A model generated the notes under the pieces. The model was not told the DNA's origin, did no database searches, and was given only the letters and a program-made list of their open reading frames with translations. DNA of 64,000 nt, taken from the NCBI GenBank assembly GCA_965112155.1, contig OZ218107.1; one strand, written 5' to 3'. This document shows positions 13,143 through 23,676 of the stretch, piece by piece (position 1 is the stretch's first letter; the number at the start of each line of letters is the position of its first letter). This stretch comes from Podarcis liolepis (taxonomy: Eukaryota). The position numbers and the translations under genes were made by a program.

Positions 13143-13745
13143 TATGAAATACCCTGCAAAGTCTGCCCAGCCACGTACATTGGACAAACAAACAGACGAA
13201 TAAATGCACGTATCGCAGAACACAAGAATGCCGTCAAAAAAGAAGAAAAAACTTCCTCTCTTTTCCAACACATGAAAGAAACAGGACACGAAATTAATTT
13301 TGCAGATTCCAAATTGCTCTTTAACATGGAACATCACCACAAGAGAATAATCATGGAAGCCATCGAGATAGAGAAACACCCTCACAACATGAACAAGCGT
13401 GACGACACGTCCCGCCTGCCAGACATCTGGAAATTAGCCCTCCCCACAAAAACCGACACCAGAACCAGAGGCACACAGAACGCCATCACCAATCAACCAC
13501 ACCAGACCCAAACCCAGACCCTCTCCACAGATAAATTACAGACACCATCCAGTAGCCAAACCATAGTGGCACCTCCGGATGCTGCACCCCCCTGCAATCC
13601 CTACACAGATCTGGCTGGCACAGGGCACAAAACCACAGCTCGCCCCTATACACGAAGCCAAGCCAGAGCACAACTAAGTGCAGTACAGCCATCTTCTCAG
13701 AAAAACTCTTCACAAGCTCAAGAGGTCAAGACACGAAAGCTTTAG
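13143..13745 (+). pseudogene. 5'-truncated duplicate of the PLE ORF C-terminus (GIY-YIG + tail) inside the upstream pseudo-LTR
   Basis: Translation is identical from YEIPCKVCP to KTRKL* of the full ORF. Confidence 0.9.
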
Positions 13746-13980
13746 CAACTAATCCACACCTAATGACCCACCTAAGTGGTACTCAGAATATCACTCAAGA
13801 AATCACTCAAGATATCCCTCAAGTAATTAAGGAACAAAAGAAGAAAAGGCACACTAACCTGGGAACTTCCTCTCTGCCCAGAACGTTGGAGGCTATACAC
13901 CACACCCCCTCAACAGTATTTATAGGAACTCAAACACTGAGATCCTGCTCTGTTCCAGTAACAAGAAGCCGAAAGCACCA

Positions 13981-14018
13981 GCCTGAAGATGACGAGTGAG
14001 ACCTCGTCGAAACGTCGC
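13981..14018 (+). ncRNA. Minimal type I hammerhead ribozyme, copy 1
   Basis: CUGAAGA core (13983-13989), one extra U, stem II GACGAG/CUCGUC around a 6-nt loop, GAAA (14009-14012), palindromic ACGU in place of stem III, and GUC cleavage triplet (cut after 14016). This is the architecture known for PLE hammerheads. Stem I has only ~2 canonical bp. Confidence 0.85.
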
Positions 14019-16709
14019 CTAGACACCCCAACTCTTACACGGGAAGACACCCGAAGACACCAAAACCTGCATTCCTGTACCCGTGAAAATCTACGAAAGC
14101 AAATATCTCACCTCTACGGGGAGGAAACCTTCCAGCTGACAAGAACCTACGAGAAACTAGAAATCCGAAGAGCCACCATCTTATGTGATCTCTTGTTCCT
14201 ACGCAACTGCCGAGACAACAACTTAATTCCCACATGCTTCCAACTTAAATTCCACTCTAAAACCCCAGCTACCGAAAGGATCCTGAAACGAACTGAACTA
14301 TCCCTAATCAGAAACGAAATACATAAGAAAAGATACCTACTAAACCAAACCAACAAAGATCTGCTCACTCTTCACCTCAAACTCTGTAAAAAAATCCACC
14401 CTGCACTCTGGGACAAATGCAAACAACTAGCCGTCTGGAGAGCTGAAACTGAGACCTCACATAAGACAGACAGACACACCAACAAACTCCACAAACTAGA
14501 GAAACGCCAGAAGCCCAGCCACCCTCCACAACAACCCATGAAACAAACAGTACATAACATATCAGACAGGATCCTCACCTCAACTGAAACCAAAGTACTC
14601 TCCAAAGGTTTCAACTTTGCAGTCGCCCCGAGACGCATCCCCACGGAAAACATCATATGCGGAGTCGAAGCTAGCCTAACCAAAATCAACCCAGATGAAG
14701 CCAATAAAATCAGACTTGAAGTCACCAACATCCTCTGCTCCAGCAAACCACCCAGAAGCAATTTACACAAAGAAGAACAGAAAGCACTCACCAACCTGAG
14801 GAAAGACAACAACATAATCATTCTCCCAGCAGACAAAGGTAATGCCACTGTTGTGATGAACACATCGGACTACCAAGCAAAACTATCAAATCTACTCCAA
14901 GACCCTACCTACCAACCTATAAAAACAGATCCCACCACCTATCTGGAAAAAACCACCAAATCCAAAATAAAAGCCTCTCCTATCAGTGAAGAAATCCAGC
15001 TAAGAATCATCCCCAGAGAAAAATCATCCAGATGCCCCAAACTCTACGGTCTCCCCAAGATACACAAAGAAGGAACACCACTCAGACCAATAGTCAGCTC
15101 CATAGGCTCACCTCTACAAAATCTCGCTAAATTTCTCGCTAAGCAACTTCAGCCCTATGCAGAATCCATCGCTTCACACGTTACAAACTCCTTCCAGTTC
15201 ATAGAAATAATAAAGAAACAAAACCTACATCCCGATGACCTACTTGTGAGCTTCGATGTTGTATCTCTCTTCACACAAGTGCCCATTAATGAAGCCTTGA
15301 CAGCCATTCAAAACAAATACAATCCCCCCGAATACATCCTGGACCTGACCAACCACTGCCTAACCAACACGTACTTCATCCACAATGGACAAAGATACAA
15401 ACAGATAGAAGGAGCACCTATGGGATCACCCCTCTCACCGGTCATCGCAAATTTGTACATGGAACACTTTGAAACCAATGCTTTAGACAAGTCAGAACAC
15501 AAACCCAAACTTTGGCTCAGATATGTTGACGACACCTTTGTAATTTGGCCACACGGGAAAGAAAAACTAGATAGCTTCCTCACACATCTCAACAGCCTAC
15601 ACCCCAAAATACAATTCACTATGGAAATAGAAGCCAACAACCAACTTCCCTTCCTTGACGTCCTAATCTACAAAAAACCTGATGGCTCCCTAGGACACAC
15701 TATCTACCGGAAAAAAACACACACCAACCGCTACTTACATGCACAATCACACCACCACCCTGCACAAATAAACTCCGTAGCCAAGACTCTCATCTCCAGA
15801 ACCAAACGCCTGGCTGACAAAGACCACTTGACAACTGAGTTACAGAATCTCTCAAATGTGTTAATCGCCAATGGATACCAGCAAAACAGGGTTACGAAGC
15901 TAATCCAAAAAGAAACACCCCCCAAAAACCAAGACACAGAAGAAAACAATGGCATGGCCCTCCTTCCTTATATCAAGGGCACCACAGATAAAATTAGCAA
16001 AATCCTCCATAAACACAATATCAAAACAGCCTTTTGCACCAACCAAAAAATAGCCAATATCCTCAGAAACCCCAAAGATAAAATCCAGTTGGAAAACCAA
16101 GGGGTCTATGAAATACCCTGCAAAGTCTGCCCAGCCACGTACATTGGACAAACAAACAGACGAATAAATGCACGTATCGCAGAACACAAGAATGCCGTCA
16201 AAAAAGAAGAAAAAACTTCCTCTCTTTTCCAACACATGAAAGAAACAGGACACGAAATTAATTTTGCAGATTCCAAATTGCTCTTTAACATGGAACATCA
16301 CCACAAGAGAATAATCATGGAAGCCATCGAGATAGAGAAACACCCTCACAACATGAACAAGCGTGACGACACGTCCCGCCTGCCAGACATCTGGAAATTA
16401 GCCCTCCCCACAAAAACCGACACCAGAACCAGAGGCACACAGAACGCCATCACCAATCAACCACACCAGACCCAAACCCAGACCCTCTCCACAGATAAAT
16501 TACAGACACCATCCAGTAGCCAAACCATAGTGGCACCTCCGGATGCTGCACCCCCCTGCAATCCCTACACAGATCTGGCTGGCACAGGGCACAAAACCAC
16601 AGCTCGCCCCTATACACGAAGCCAAGCCAGAGCACAACTAAGTGCAGTACAGCCATCTTCTCAGAAAAACTCTTCACAAGCTCAAGAGGTCAAGACACGA
16701 AAGCTTTAG
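13989..16709 (+). CDS. Penelope-like element polyprotein: reverse transcriptase + GIY-YIG endonuclease, 906 aa
   Basis: PLE RT motifs LPADKGNATV, LYGLPKIHK..PLRPIVS, SFDVVSLFT, GAPMGSPLSP, WLRYVDDTF, FLDV and YRKKT. GIY-YIG motif GVYEIPCKVCPATYIGQT..R..RIAEH. There is no Cys-rich linker between RT and endonuclease, which favours Poseidon/Penelope over Neptune. No stops or frameshifts. Confidence 0.95.
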   Translation: MTSETSSKRRLDTPTLTREDTRRHQNLHSCTRENLRKQISHLYGEETFQLTRTYEKLEIRRATILCDLLFLRNCRDNNLIPTCFQLKFHSKTPATERILKRTELSLIRNEIHKKRYLLNQTNKDLLTLHLKLCKKIHPALWDKCKQLAVWRAETETSHKTDRHTNKLHKLEKRQKPSHPPQQPMKQTVHNISDRILTSTETKVLSKGFNFAVAPRRIPTENIICGVEASLTKINPDEANKIRLEVTNILCSSKPPRSNLHKEEQKALTNLRKDNNIIILPADKGNATVVMNTSDYQAKLSNLLQDPTYQPIKTDPTTYLEKTTKSKIKASPISEEIQLRIIPREKSSRCPKLYGLPKIHKEGTPLRPIVSSIGSPLQNLAKFLAKQLQPYAESIASHVTNSFQFIEIIKKQNLHPDDLLVSFDVVSLFTQVPINEALTAIQNKYNPPEYILDLTNHCLTNTYFIHNGQRYKQIEGAPMGSPLSPVIANLYMEHFETNALDKSEHKPKLWLRYVDDTFVIWPHGKEKLDSFLTHLNSLHPKIQFTMEIEANNQLPFLDVLIYKKPDGSLGHTIYRKKTHTNRYLHAQSHHHPAQINSVAKTLISRTKRLADKDHLTTELQNLSNVLIANGYQQNRVTKLIQKETPPKNQDTEENNGMALLPYIKGTTDKISKILHKHNIKTAFCTNQKIANILRNPKDKIQLENQGVYEIPCKVCPATYIGQTNRRINARIAEHKNAVKKEEKTSSLFQHMKETGHEINFADSKLLFNMEHHHKRIIMEAIEIEKHPHNMNKRDDTSRLPDIWKLALPTKTDTRTRGTQNAITNQPHQTQTQTLSTDKLQTPSSSQTIVAPPDAAPPCNPYTDLAGTGHKTTARPYTRSQARAQLSAVQPSSQKNSSQAQEVKTRKL

Positions 16710-16944
16710 CAATTAATCCACACCTAATGACCCACCTAAGTGGTACTCAGAATATCACTCAAGAAATCACTCAAGATATCCCTCAAGTAATTAAGGAACA
16801 AAAGAAGAAAAGGCACACTAACCTGGGAACTTCCTCTCTGCCCAGAACGTTGGAGGCTATACACCACACCCCCTCAACAGTATTTATAGGAACTCAAACA
16901 CTGAGATCCTGCTCTGTTCCAGTAACAAGAAGCCGAAAGCACCA

Positions 16945-16982
16945 GCCTGAAGATGACGAGTGAGACCTCGTCGAAACGTCGC
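16945..16982 (+). ncRNA. Minimal type I hammerhead ribozyme, copy 2
   Basis: Identical to copy 1 and 2964 nt downstream; predicted cut after 16980. Confidence 0.85.
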
Positions 16983-17045
16983 CTAGACACCCCAACTCTT
17001 ACACGGGAAGACACCCGAAGACACCAAAACCTGCATTCCTGTACC

Positions 17046-17227
17046 NNNNNNNNNNNNNNNNNNNNNNNNNNNNNNNNNNNNNNNNNNNNNNNNNNNNNNN
17101 NNNNNNNNNNNNNNNNNNNNNNNNNNNNNNNNNNNNNNNNNNNNNNNNNNNNNNNNNNNNNNNNNNNNNNNNNNNNNNNNNNNNNNNNNNNNNNNNNNNN
17201 NNNNNNNNNNNNNNNNNNNNNNNNNNN
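17046..17227. other. Assembly gap (182 N)
   Basis: Run of N that hides the PLE 3' end. Confidence 1.
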
Positions 17228-19899
17228 ATGAAAGCACCCATCAGACAATTAAACAGGACAAACAGTTGTAGCAAGCATAGGTAATTAAATGGCAGAAAAT
17301 ACAAATAATCTCAAATGGTCTCTAGAATAAAACTGCCTTTGCCTGGAACCAAAAGGCCAATAAAGATGAAAAGGATCAAACCTTGATGGGGCAGGAGTTT
17401 CACAGTCTCAGTGTCACAGCTAAGAGGCCCTTTAGCCATGTTTAAGGCTGCAATTCTGTACATGTTTCCACGAGAGTAACTTCTGTTGAATTCCATGGGA
17501 CTTACTCACTTAGACAAGCGTAGGATTGTGCTGAAAGTTTGGTTGGATCATTTCGGTTGGGCATTGAATTAAACATGTCGACCAATTTATGAGTTTTATT
17601 GGTTAATTTAACCGTATAATCTGCATACAATTGCATATGGATAACAAGAATTGTTAAGCCCAAAGCACTCTTCCTTTGTTATTAGGTGATGCATGTGGGT
17701 GACTCATCTTAAAAGAAGCCACTCTCTCTGGTGTGAAATATCTGCTGCCAGTTTCATCAGGGGGTACCCTTTTAAGCAAGCACAATGTTTTTAATCGAAG
17801 TGATCGTTGAACTAAACATTGCAGCCCATATCTGTCATTTTGCATATGGCGGCCACATCAAGGGATTCCTGGTTTACCCTTTGTATACAAACCCTTACAT
17901 AGACTCTGATCATTCTCACGACATCTCGCCCCTCCTGCCCTCAATGAGCAGGGACTGAAAATTGACATGATACTCATAGCTGTGGTATACATTTATTTTA
18001 ATTTGTACAGCCTTTTGAACATTTCTGCTGGTTATTAATCATAGTAACATTCTGCAGCAATGTTGTATAATTGACACATTCACGAAAACGCAGTCTGACT
18101 AATTGCTGGCAGTCTTGTGAAAGTTAATGAACCAATGAATTTCAATCATTTGCTGTTTAGTCATAATTCTGCTCTCAAACTCCACACCCCGTGCATTTCA
18201 CATATCACACCAATGAATGCTGGGATCGCTTCAAAGAAGAAGTAGATTGAAGCTGTAATCCTATTGCACTTACCTGGAAGTAAGTACCATTGAACTCAGT
18301 GAGACTTTCTTCTGAGCAGACAGGTGTAAGTTTGAGTAGTCTGGCTGCACTGTTAGCCAGTTAAAATGCACTCTTAAAACTGGTTCAGAAGGTTAGTAAT
18401 GTAAGAAATATACAAAAACATTTAGCAAGTCAACAGGATTTCTAACTGGTGTAACACAAACTACACAATCTAATTTGGATTACAGCTTGTTATATCAACA
18501 GCAGCATTGTCAAAGATGTGGACGATTTGTCTTTTCTGCAGTTTAGCGATGCCACCCGTTCTTATGCATGTTTACTCAGAAGTAAGTCCATAGAGTTCAA
18601 TGGGGGGGGGAGAGAATTATTCCCAAGTAAGTGTACACAAGATTGCAGCCTCATAGACCTCTTAAAAGACAGCAATAGGAACACTAGACAGTCGGGACAA
18701 ATGTTAACATCACATTCTCCCATTGTTTTTTTTAAGTGGGATATAAATCTTTTAAAATGTGTCTTTTCCCACATCTGACTGCAGAGTTGCTGCAGTCACA
18801 TTTCTTTCTTCTAAGATGCAGTATTTATTAGTGCGATAGATGACTGGCACTCTTCTTTTCCCATGCTGTTAAATTTGTATCCTATATAATATTATGCCAT
18901 TTTTATTGCGCCGTACAATAAGAATAGCAACTTGGCAGGGAAGTCAGGTTGGTGTATATAGCTGTGCTCCAGTAGCAATAAAAATCTGCTCCAATTAATA
19001 GGCATTCTGTGCACATTAATTGCTTCTGCACACAGAAATGAAGAGGCAGTCCCTTGTTACCTATTCTCATCATCCTCTATTTCTGATTAATTTGCTTCTC
19101 TCCTCAGGGCTTCTTAAAGCACTGAAGAAAAAAGAGCAGTTCTTCTGCATACTTAAATATCAGCTCTATTTCCAGTATCTTTGAGGTTACTCGCAGAAAA
19201 AGGAATGCGAAAAATAAAAGCTCATTAGAGTTCCGTGTCCTACACGGCTTCTGATGGGAGACCTTTGCAAACGATCCCTGCATCTACTGTTGGAGAGTCC
19301 AGCAGTATGAATTTAGCTGATTTTCTTTATGCAAAAAATAAAATAAAAAAGTCAATGCAAATATTCATAAAACAATGGGAGAACAATTTAACTTCCCAGA
19401 ACCCTCTGTGGCGGACCTTAAGGCAGGCATTTTGGAGCAAAGGAAAAGTGCATCATGGATTGCAATTTCTCAATAAATACGGTGTTATCGTTTGTGGGCT
19501 AAATCAAGACAAAGGTTTGTTTGTTTTTTAATCACCTTGTGTGTGCTAGTCAACTGAGCAATGCCAGGGTATCTGTGCTATCTGTGACTTGTTTCTTGCG
19601 AATAGTTCCTGGCTCCACTACAGAGGTTGATGCAATCATCTCCACATTGCATACCACCGATCTGCTCAGGAGTGCCAGCTTGGCCAATGACCCTGGGAGC
19701 CCGGGGCCGTGGGTGCCATGCAGCGTGCATGGCCCTGGTACCCAAATTTGTGGGTGCCCAGCCCCTTCATGGGAAATTTTGTGGGTTCTCAGGCACCCAG
19801 GGCTCCAGGGACTTGGCACCTTGAATCTGCTACTGTGTGCCTATTTAACATACATTTATGCTCTAATTTTCACTGACTGTAATTTTTTTGCATCTTCTT

Positions 19900-20055
19900 G
19901 CCATTCAACTTGCGCTTTAAAGTTTTCTCATTAAAATACCTGCCAGCTACGATTTCACTTCATGCATCTCACGAAATGGGCTTGAATCCTTGAAAGCTTA
20001 TCATAAAAGCGGCTTACACCATATTTGTTAGTTTTTAAGGTGGCGCGTGACTCTA
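19900..20055 (+). mobile_element. Decayed Neptune-type Penelope pseudo-LTR/3' end with a hammerhead relic (19968-20000)
   Basis: CATGCATCT[C]ACGA-AATGGG..TCCTT-GAAAGCTTA...TTTGTTAGTTTTTAAGGTGGC resembles the recalled reptile Neptune terminus (CATCTGANGAAGTGGG...CCACGAAAGCTTA...TTGTTAGTCTYTAAGGTGCCAC). Confidence 0.6.
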
Positions 20056-20371
20056 TGCCATTTAAAGCTCTTCTTATTTTTTGCAAACGGTACCTTCAGG
20101 TCATTTCCCACCTGGTGTAAGTGGGTTTGCAACTACTTGCATGCTTGACAGAGAACAGCAGCTCATCCTGGAAGTGGGGTAGGAGAGCTAGAAAAAAATC
20201 ACATCTGGCAACCAGTGCGTCCCTTTGGTTTCAGATAGTACATGGGTAGACAAGTCTAAAAAGCCCAGGACACACATTTTCATGGCCCTCTAGCAGCTAT
20301 GGTGGCTCATTTACCAGAAGTAAAGTATTTAGCATTAACTCTGGAAGTGTATACTCAATTCTGATCAAACT

Positions 20372-20894
20372 CATACCCTCCAACATTTCTCCAGTGAAAA
20401 TAGGGACATCCTATTCCATATGATTATTAATAATAATTTTATTATTTATACCTTGCCTTTCTGACTGGGTTGCCCCAGCTACTCTGGTGGCTTCTGAGAT
20501 ATGTAAAAACATAATAAAACAATCAACATTCAAAAACTTGTTTATACAGAGCTGCCTTCAGGTGTCTTTTAAATGTTGTACCTGTATACAGTGCTTTTTT
20601 TTCTTAAAAAAATGTTTAGGGGTACTCTCATTTTCCTACTTATATTGAAATACTGCCCCTCAATGAGGCCAAATTTGATTCACAAAATGTATAGGGGTAT
20701 GCGTACCCCTGTGTACCCCCCAGAAAAAAGGCACTGGCTTTATAGCTACTTATCTCCTTGGCTCAGGGGTGTCACATAACTCAGATGAAAATAGGGATGT
20801 AACAAGGAAAAGAGGGACATTCTGGGATCAAATCAGAAACCGGGACAGCTTCTGTAAATGTGGGACTGTTTCTGGAAAATAAGGACAGGGTCTG
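20372..20894. mobile_element. MITE family B (CATACCCTCCAACA...GGAGGGTCTG) containing nested inserts
   Basis: Homologous to 40813-41305 and ~43075-43285. Confidence 0.6.
20589..20736. mobile_element. Small hAT-type MITE nested in the 20372 element
   Basis: TIRs CAGTGCTTTTTTTCT / AGAAAAAAGGCACTG; 8-bp flanks CCTGTATA and GCTTTATA. Confidence 0.65.
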
Positions 20895-21582
20895 CAAACG
20901 AAGCCCCCTGATGTATATTTTGCTGGGTGAAATGGACCTGTTCTCTGACCCGGTTTAAGGCATCTTCTCAAGTTCCACGAAAGGTTATCTCAGAAGAGGC
21001 CCCCTGTAGAGATGCTTCCAGGCATTTCAGTTTGATAGGTGACCCACCCAAAAAGTAGTGGCTGATACCAGCCCTGCACTTGCTACCCAGAAGTCAACCT
21101 TCTGCCTTTAAACAGCTATCTGTGGTTTTCTTTCAGAGTTCTGCACAGCATCCCTCCCATACATTTCTGTACATTAGAATAAAGCATTAGCGGCAAGAGG
21201 GGGAGGGGAAGAAAGCTAAATATAGTTCTGCTTCCCCTTTGGGGAGCCATTGCTTGAGCCTCATTACTACACATTTTAGTACAATCTAATTTACTCATGT
21301 GGCTGGCCCCAGGTGTTTGGAACGGCAACCAGAGAAAAATCAGATCATGCTAAAATTAGACGCTCTTGGACGGCTTCCTGTGTAGGAACTCAAAATGCAC
21401 ATGGCTAATTAAATAGGACACACTTATGAAAACCAATACTGGAAACTGGAGTAAGGATGATGGTTTTTGTACACTGACGTAAAGAAGCGGGTGCTCTCCC
21501 CTTCCGACTATTTCTAGCAAGGAGTCACATAAAGCAACACTGAGTGTTTAGATGGCAGGTTGTTAATAGAGATCAGGGCGGC

Positions 21583-21717
21583 CAGGTGTGGGGATCCTTT
21601 GGTCTTCCAAATGTTGCTGAACTACAATTCCCATCAGCCCCAGCAAGCATGGCTTAATGACCAGGGATGATAGGAGTTGTAGTTCAGCAACATCTGGCGT
21701 GCCAAAGGTTTGCCTGT
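21583..21717. mobile_element. Palindromic MITE family C (CCAGATGTT..ACTACAATTCCCA..TGGGAGTTGTAGT..AACATCTGG)
   Basis: Strong internal inverted repeat. Related copies near 23735-23790, 25540-25650, 43905-44018 and 44255-44345. Confidence 0.65.
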
Positions 21718-21874
21718 ATGGGGGGAGGGAGGGATGGGAAAGGGTGTGATTTCCCTGCCTTGTTTCAACACTCCAGATTGCCCCACAAGTGTCTACACAA
21801 ACACATATACATACATGGCCAATGCATGTTTGCTGCCTGTCTCTGGTTACAGATATAAAGGAGTTAACATGCCA

Positions 21875-21876
<2 letters not shown>

Positions 21877-21932
<56 letters not shown>
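21877..21932. repeat. (AT)n microsatellite
   Basis: Directly visible, ~28 units. Confidence 0.97.
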
Positions 21933-21936
<4 letters not shown>

Positions 21937-23339
21937 AGGCATCGCTGAGCAGAGGAAAAACATGACTGTTCCTTTAAAACTGGTGGGTGTTTTGTCATGG
22001 GCTTCTAAAGTGACAGGATGCGCACCTGGTATCAGAATCTGCCTGTAGTCATCCTGAGGAGCCTGTTGGAGTCGGGGTTCATTCACCCTCCATGCGTGCA
22101 CCTCTCGTGTGTGCCCCACCCTAGCTGCCCACTCCACCAGCACTTGCCCCGACCCGGGTGTCAGCAACCCATGCTACACCCCTGGGTGTGATGCCAGGGT
22201 GGGTAACCTGTGGCTTTCCAGATGTTCTTTGGGTAATAGACTGGGACCAGAGAGACCCATTCAACCACAAGGTCACTTGACCTTCGCCCAGTCACTCTCT
22301 CTGCCTAAGCTACCTTGAAAGGTTGTTGTAAAGAGGGAATAACAGGAGAGGGGATAACCATGTGTACACTGTTCTGAGGAAAGGTGGGATAAAAATGAGA
22401 AAATAAATTAATGTGTTAAGGGAGCCTTGCCACTATTTCTTTTTTTCTTTTTCTTTTTTTAAAGTCTGCTCAAATTCCTTTCTAAAGGCAGTTTGGTGTG
22501 TTTGCAAAAACCGTTTTGGGATGTGAAAACATGTATACACTACATGCAGTTGAGTGGATGTCTATAGGACCTGCTATTCATTATCTCTTAGTGACAAGAG
22601 AACCTGGCAAGCAGTGTCTTGATGTGTTAAGCAGAGCTATATTAACAGTGGCCAAGATAGTTTGCTGCCATCACAAAGTTTAAGATGCCCTTCTCAAAAG
22701 CAGCTATTATGGTGGCACGTAAGAATACTTGTCTTGCCAAACACCCGGCAAAAGCAGAACTTCAAAGGAAATGTGTTTCTGGATAGGTTTTTCAGTGCAT
22801 CAACAAAGTGGAGATTACATTAAATCACACAGAAATTGAACAGAGAAGAAAATTGCTGTGTCCACATACAGAAAAGCATCCGATAGTAGATGCATACTGA
22901 TAACACCTCTGATTCTTTGCAGGGAAAGAGATGGACAAGGAACGCTTTGAAAAAAATGTATCGGGAAAGACAGGGGCAACACATCCTGTTTCGCCACTTG
23001 ACACAAAACAGGAATGTGCCCCCAACTGCGAAGAACTTCTCTCACCTGTGTTGCACGGCTGCCCTACAAAGAAACAGCGGCGGCACTGACTTTTGGTGGG
23101 ATCTCACAAGATCTTGCTGAAGTTTCGCGAGGTCTGCCTGATAGGACCGGTGCTGACAAAGAGGTTTTAATTTTAAATAGCTATCCTGCAGATTCCCAGC
23201 TGGGACCTAGTATAAAGAACCAATCCAGAGACTGTTAATTTTGTTCCTGAAATGAGATGGAAGATTAAATCAGAATGCAGAGTGGAATGCCACATTTGGA
23301 AAAGTCATCCATTTTGCATATTGGTAAGAGGTTTTAGAG

Positions 23340-23676
23340 CATGGGAAGGCAAACTAAGGCCCGGAGGCTGGAATCTCATATCATAGCTGTCAACTTTTCC
23401 CTTTTCTTGCGAGGAATCCTATACGGAATAAGGGAATTTCCCTTTAAAAAAGGGAAATGTTGACCAATTGTCGGCCCAATTGCCTTCTAAATCCAGCCCG
23501 TGGAATTAGTGTGTTTTTACATGAGTAGAATGTGTCCTTTTATTTAAAATGTATCTCTGGGTTATTTGTGGGGCATAGGAATTCGTTCATTCCCCCCCTT
23601 CAAAATATAGTTCGGACCCCCACAAGGTCTGAGGGACAGTGGACCAGCCCCTGCTGAAAAAGTTTGCTGACCCCTG
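23340..23676. mobile_element. hAT MITE family A with an internal CATAGCTGTCAA-type mini-element at ~23382-23464
   Basis: TIRs and 8-bp TSD TTTTAGAG/CTTTAGAG. The insert shares its terminus with the 38752 element. Confidence 0.8.

Larger units (their letters stand above)
13122..17045 (+). mobile_element. Penelope-like retroelement (Penelope/Poseidon clade), partial-tandem structure with a ~940-bp pseudo-LTR; 3' end runs into a gap
   Basis: 13140-14081 is repeated at 16104-17045 (period 2964 nt), with only one mismatch seen by eye (C13749/T16713). The repeats bracket an intact RT + GIY-YIG ORF. Confidence 0.95.

Noticed and set aside
14035-16677. Antisense ORFs within the Penelope element
   Set aside because: Shadow ORFs of a compositionally skewed coding strand, with no recognisable motifs.
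13122-17045. Reading the element as an LTR retrotransposon or endogenous retrovirus
   Set aside because: The direct repeats include the ORF 3' end and lack TG...CA ends, PBS and PPT. There is no gag, protease or integrase, and GIY-YIG identifies a PLE.
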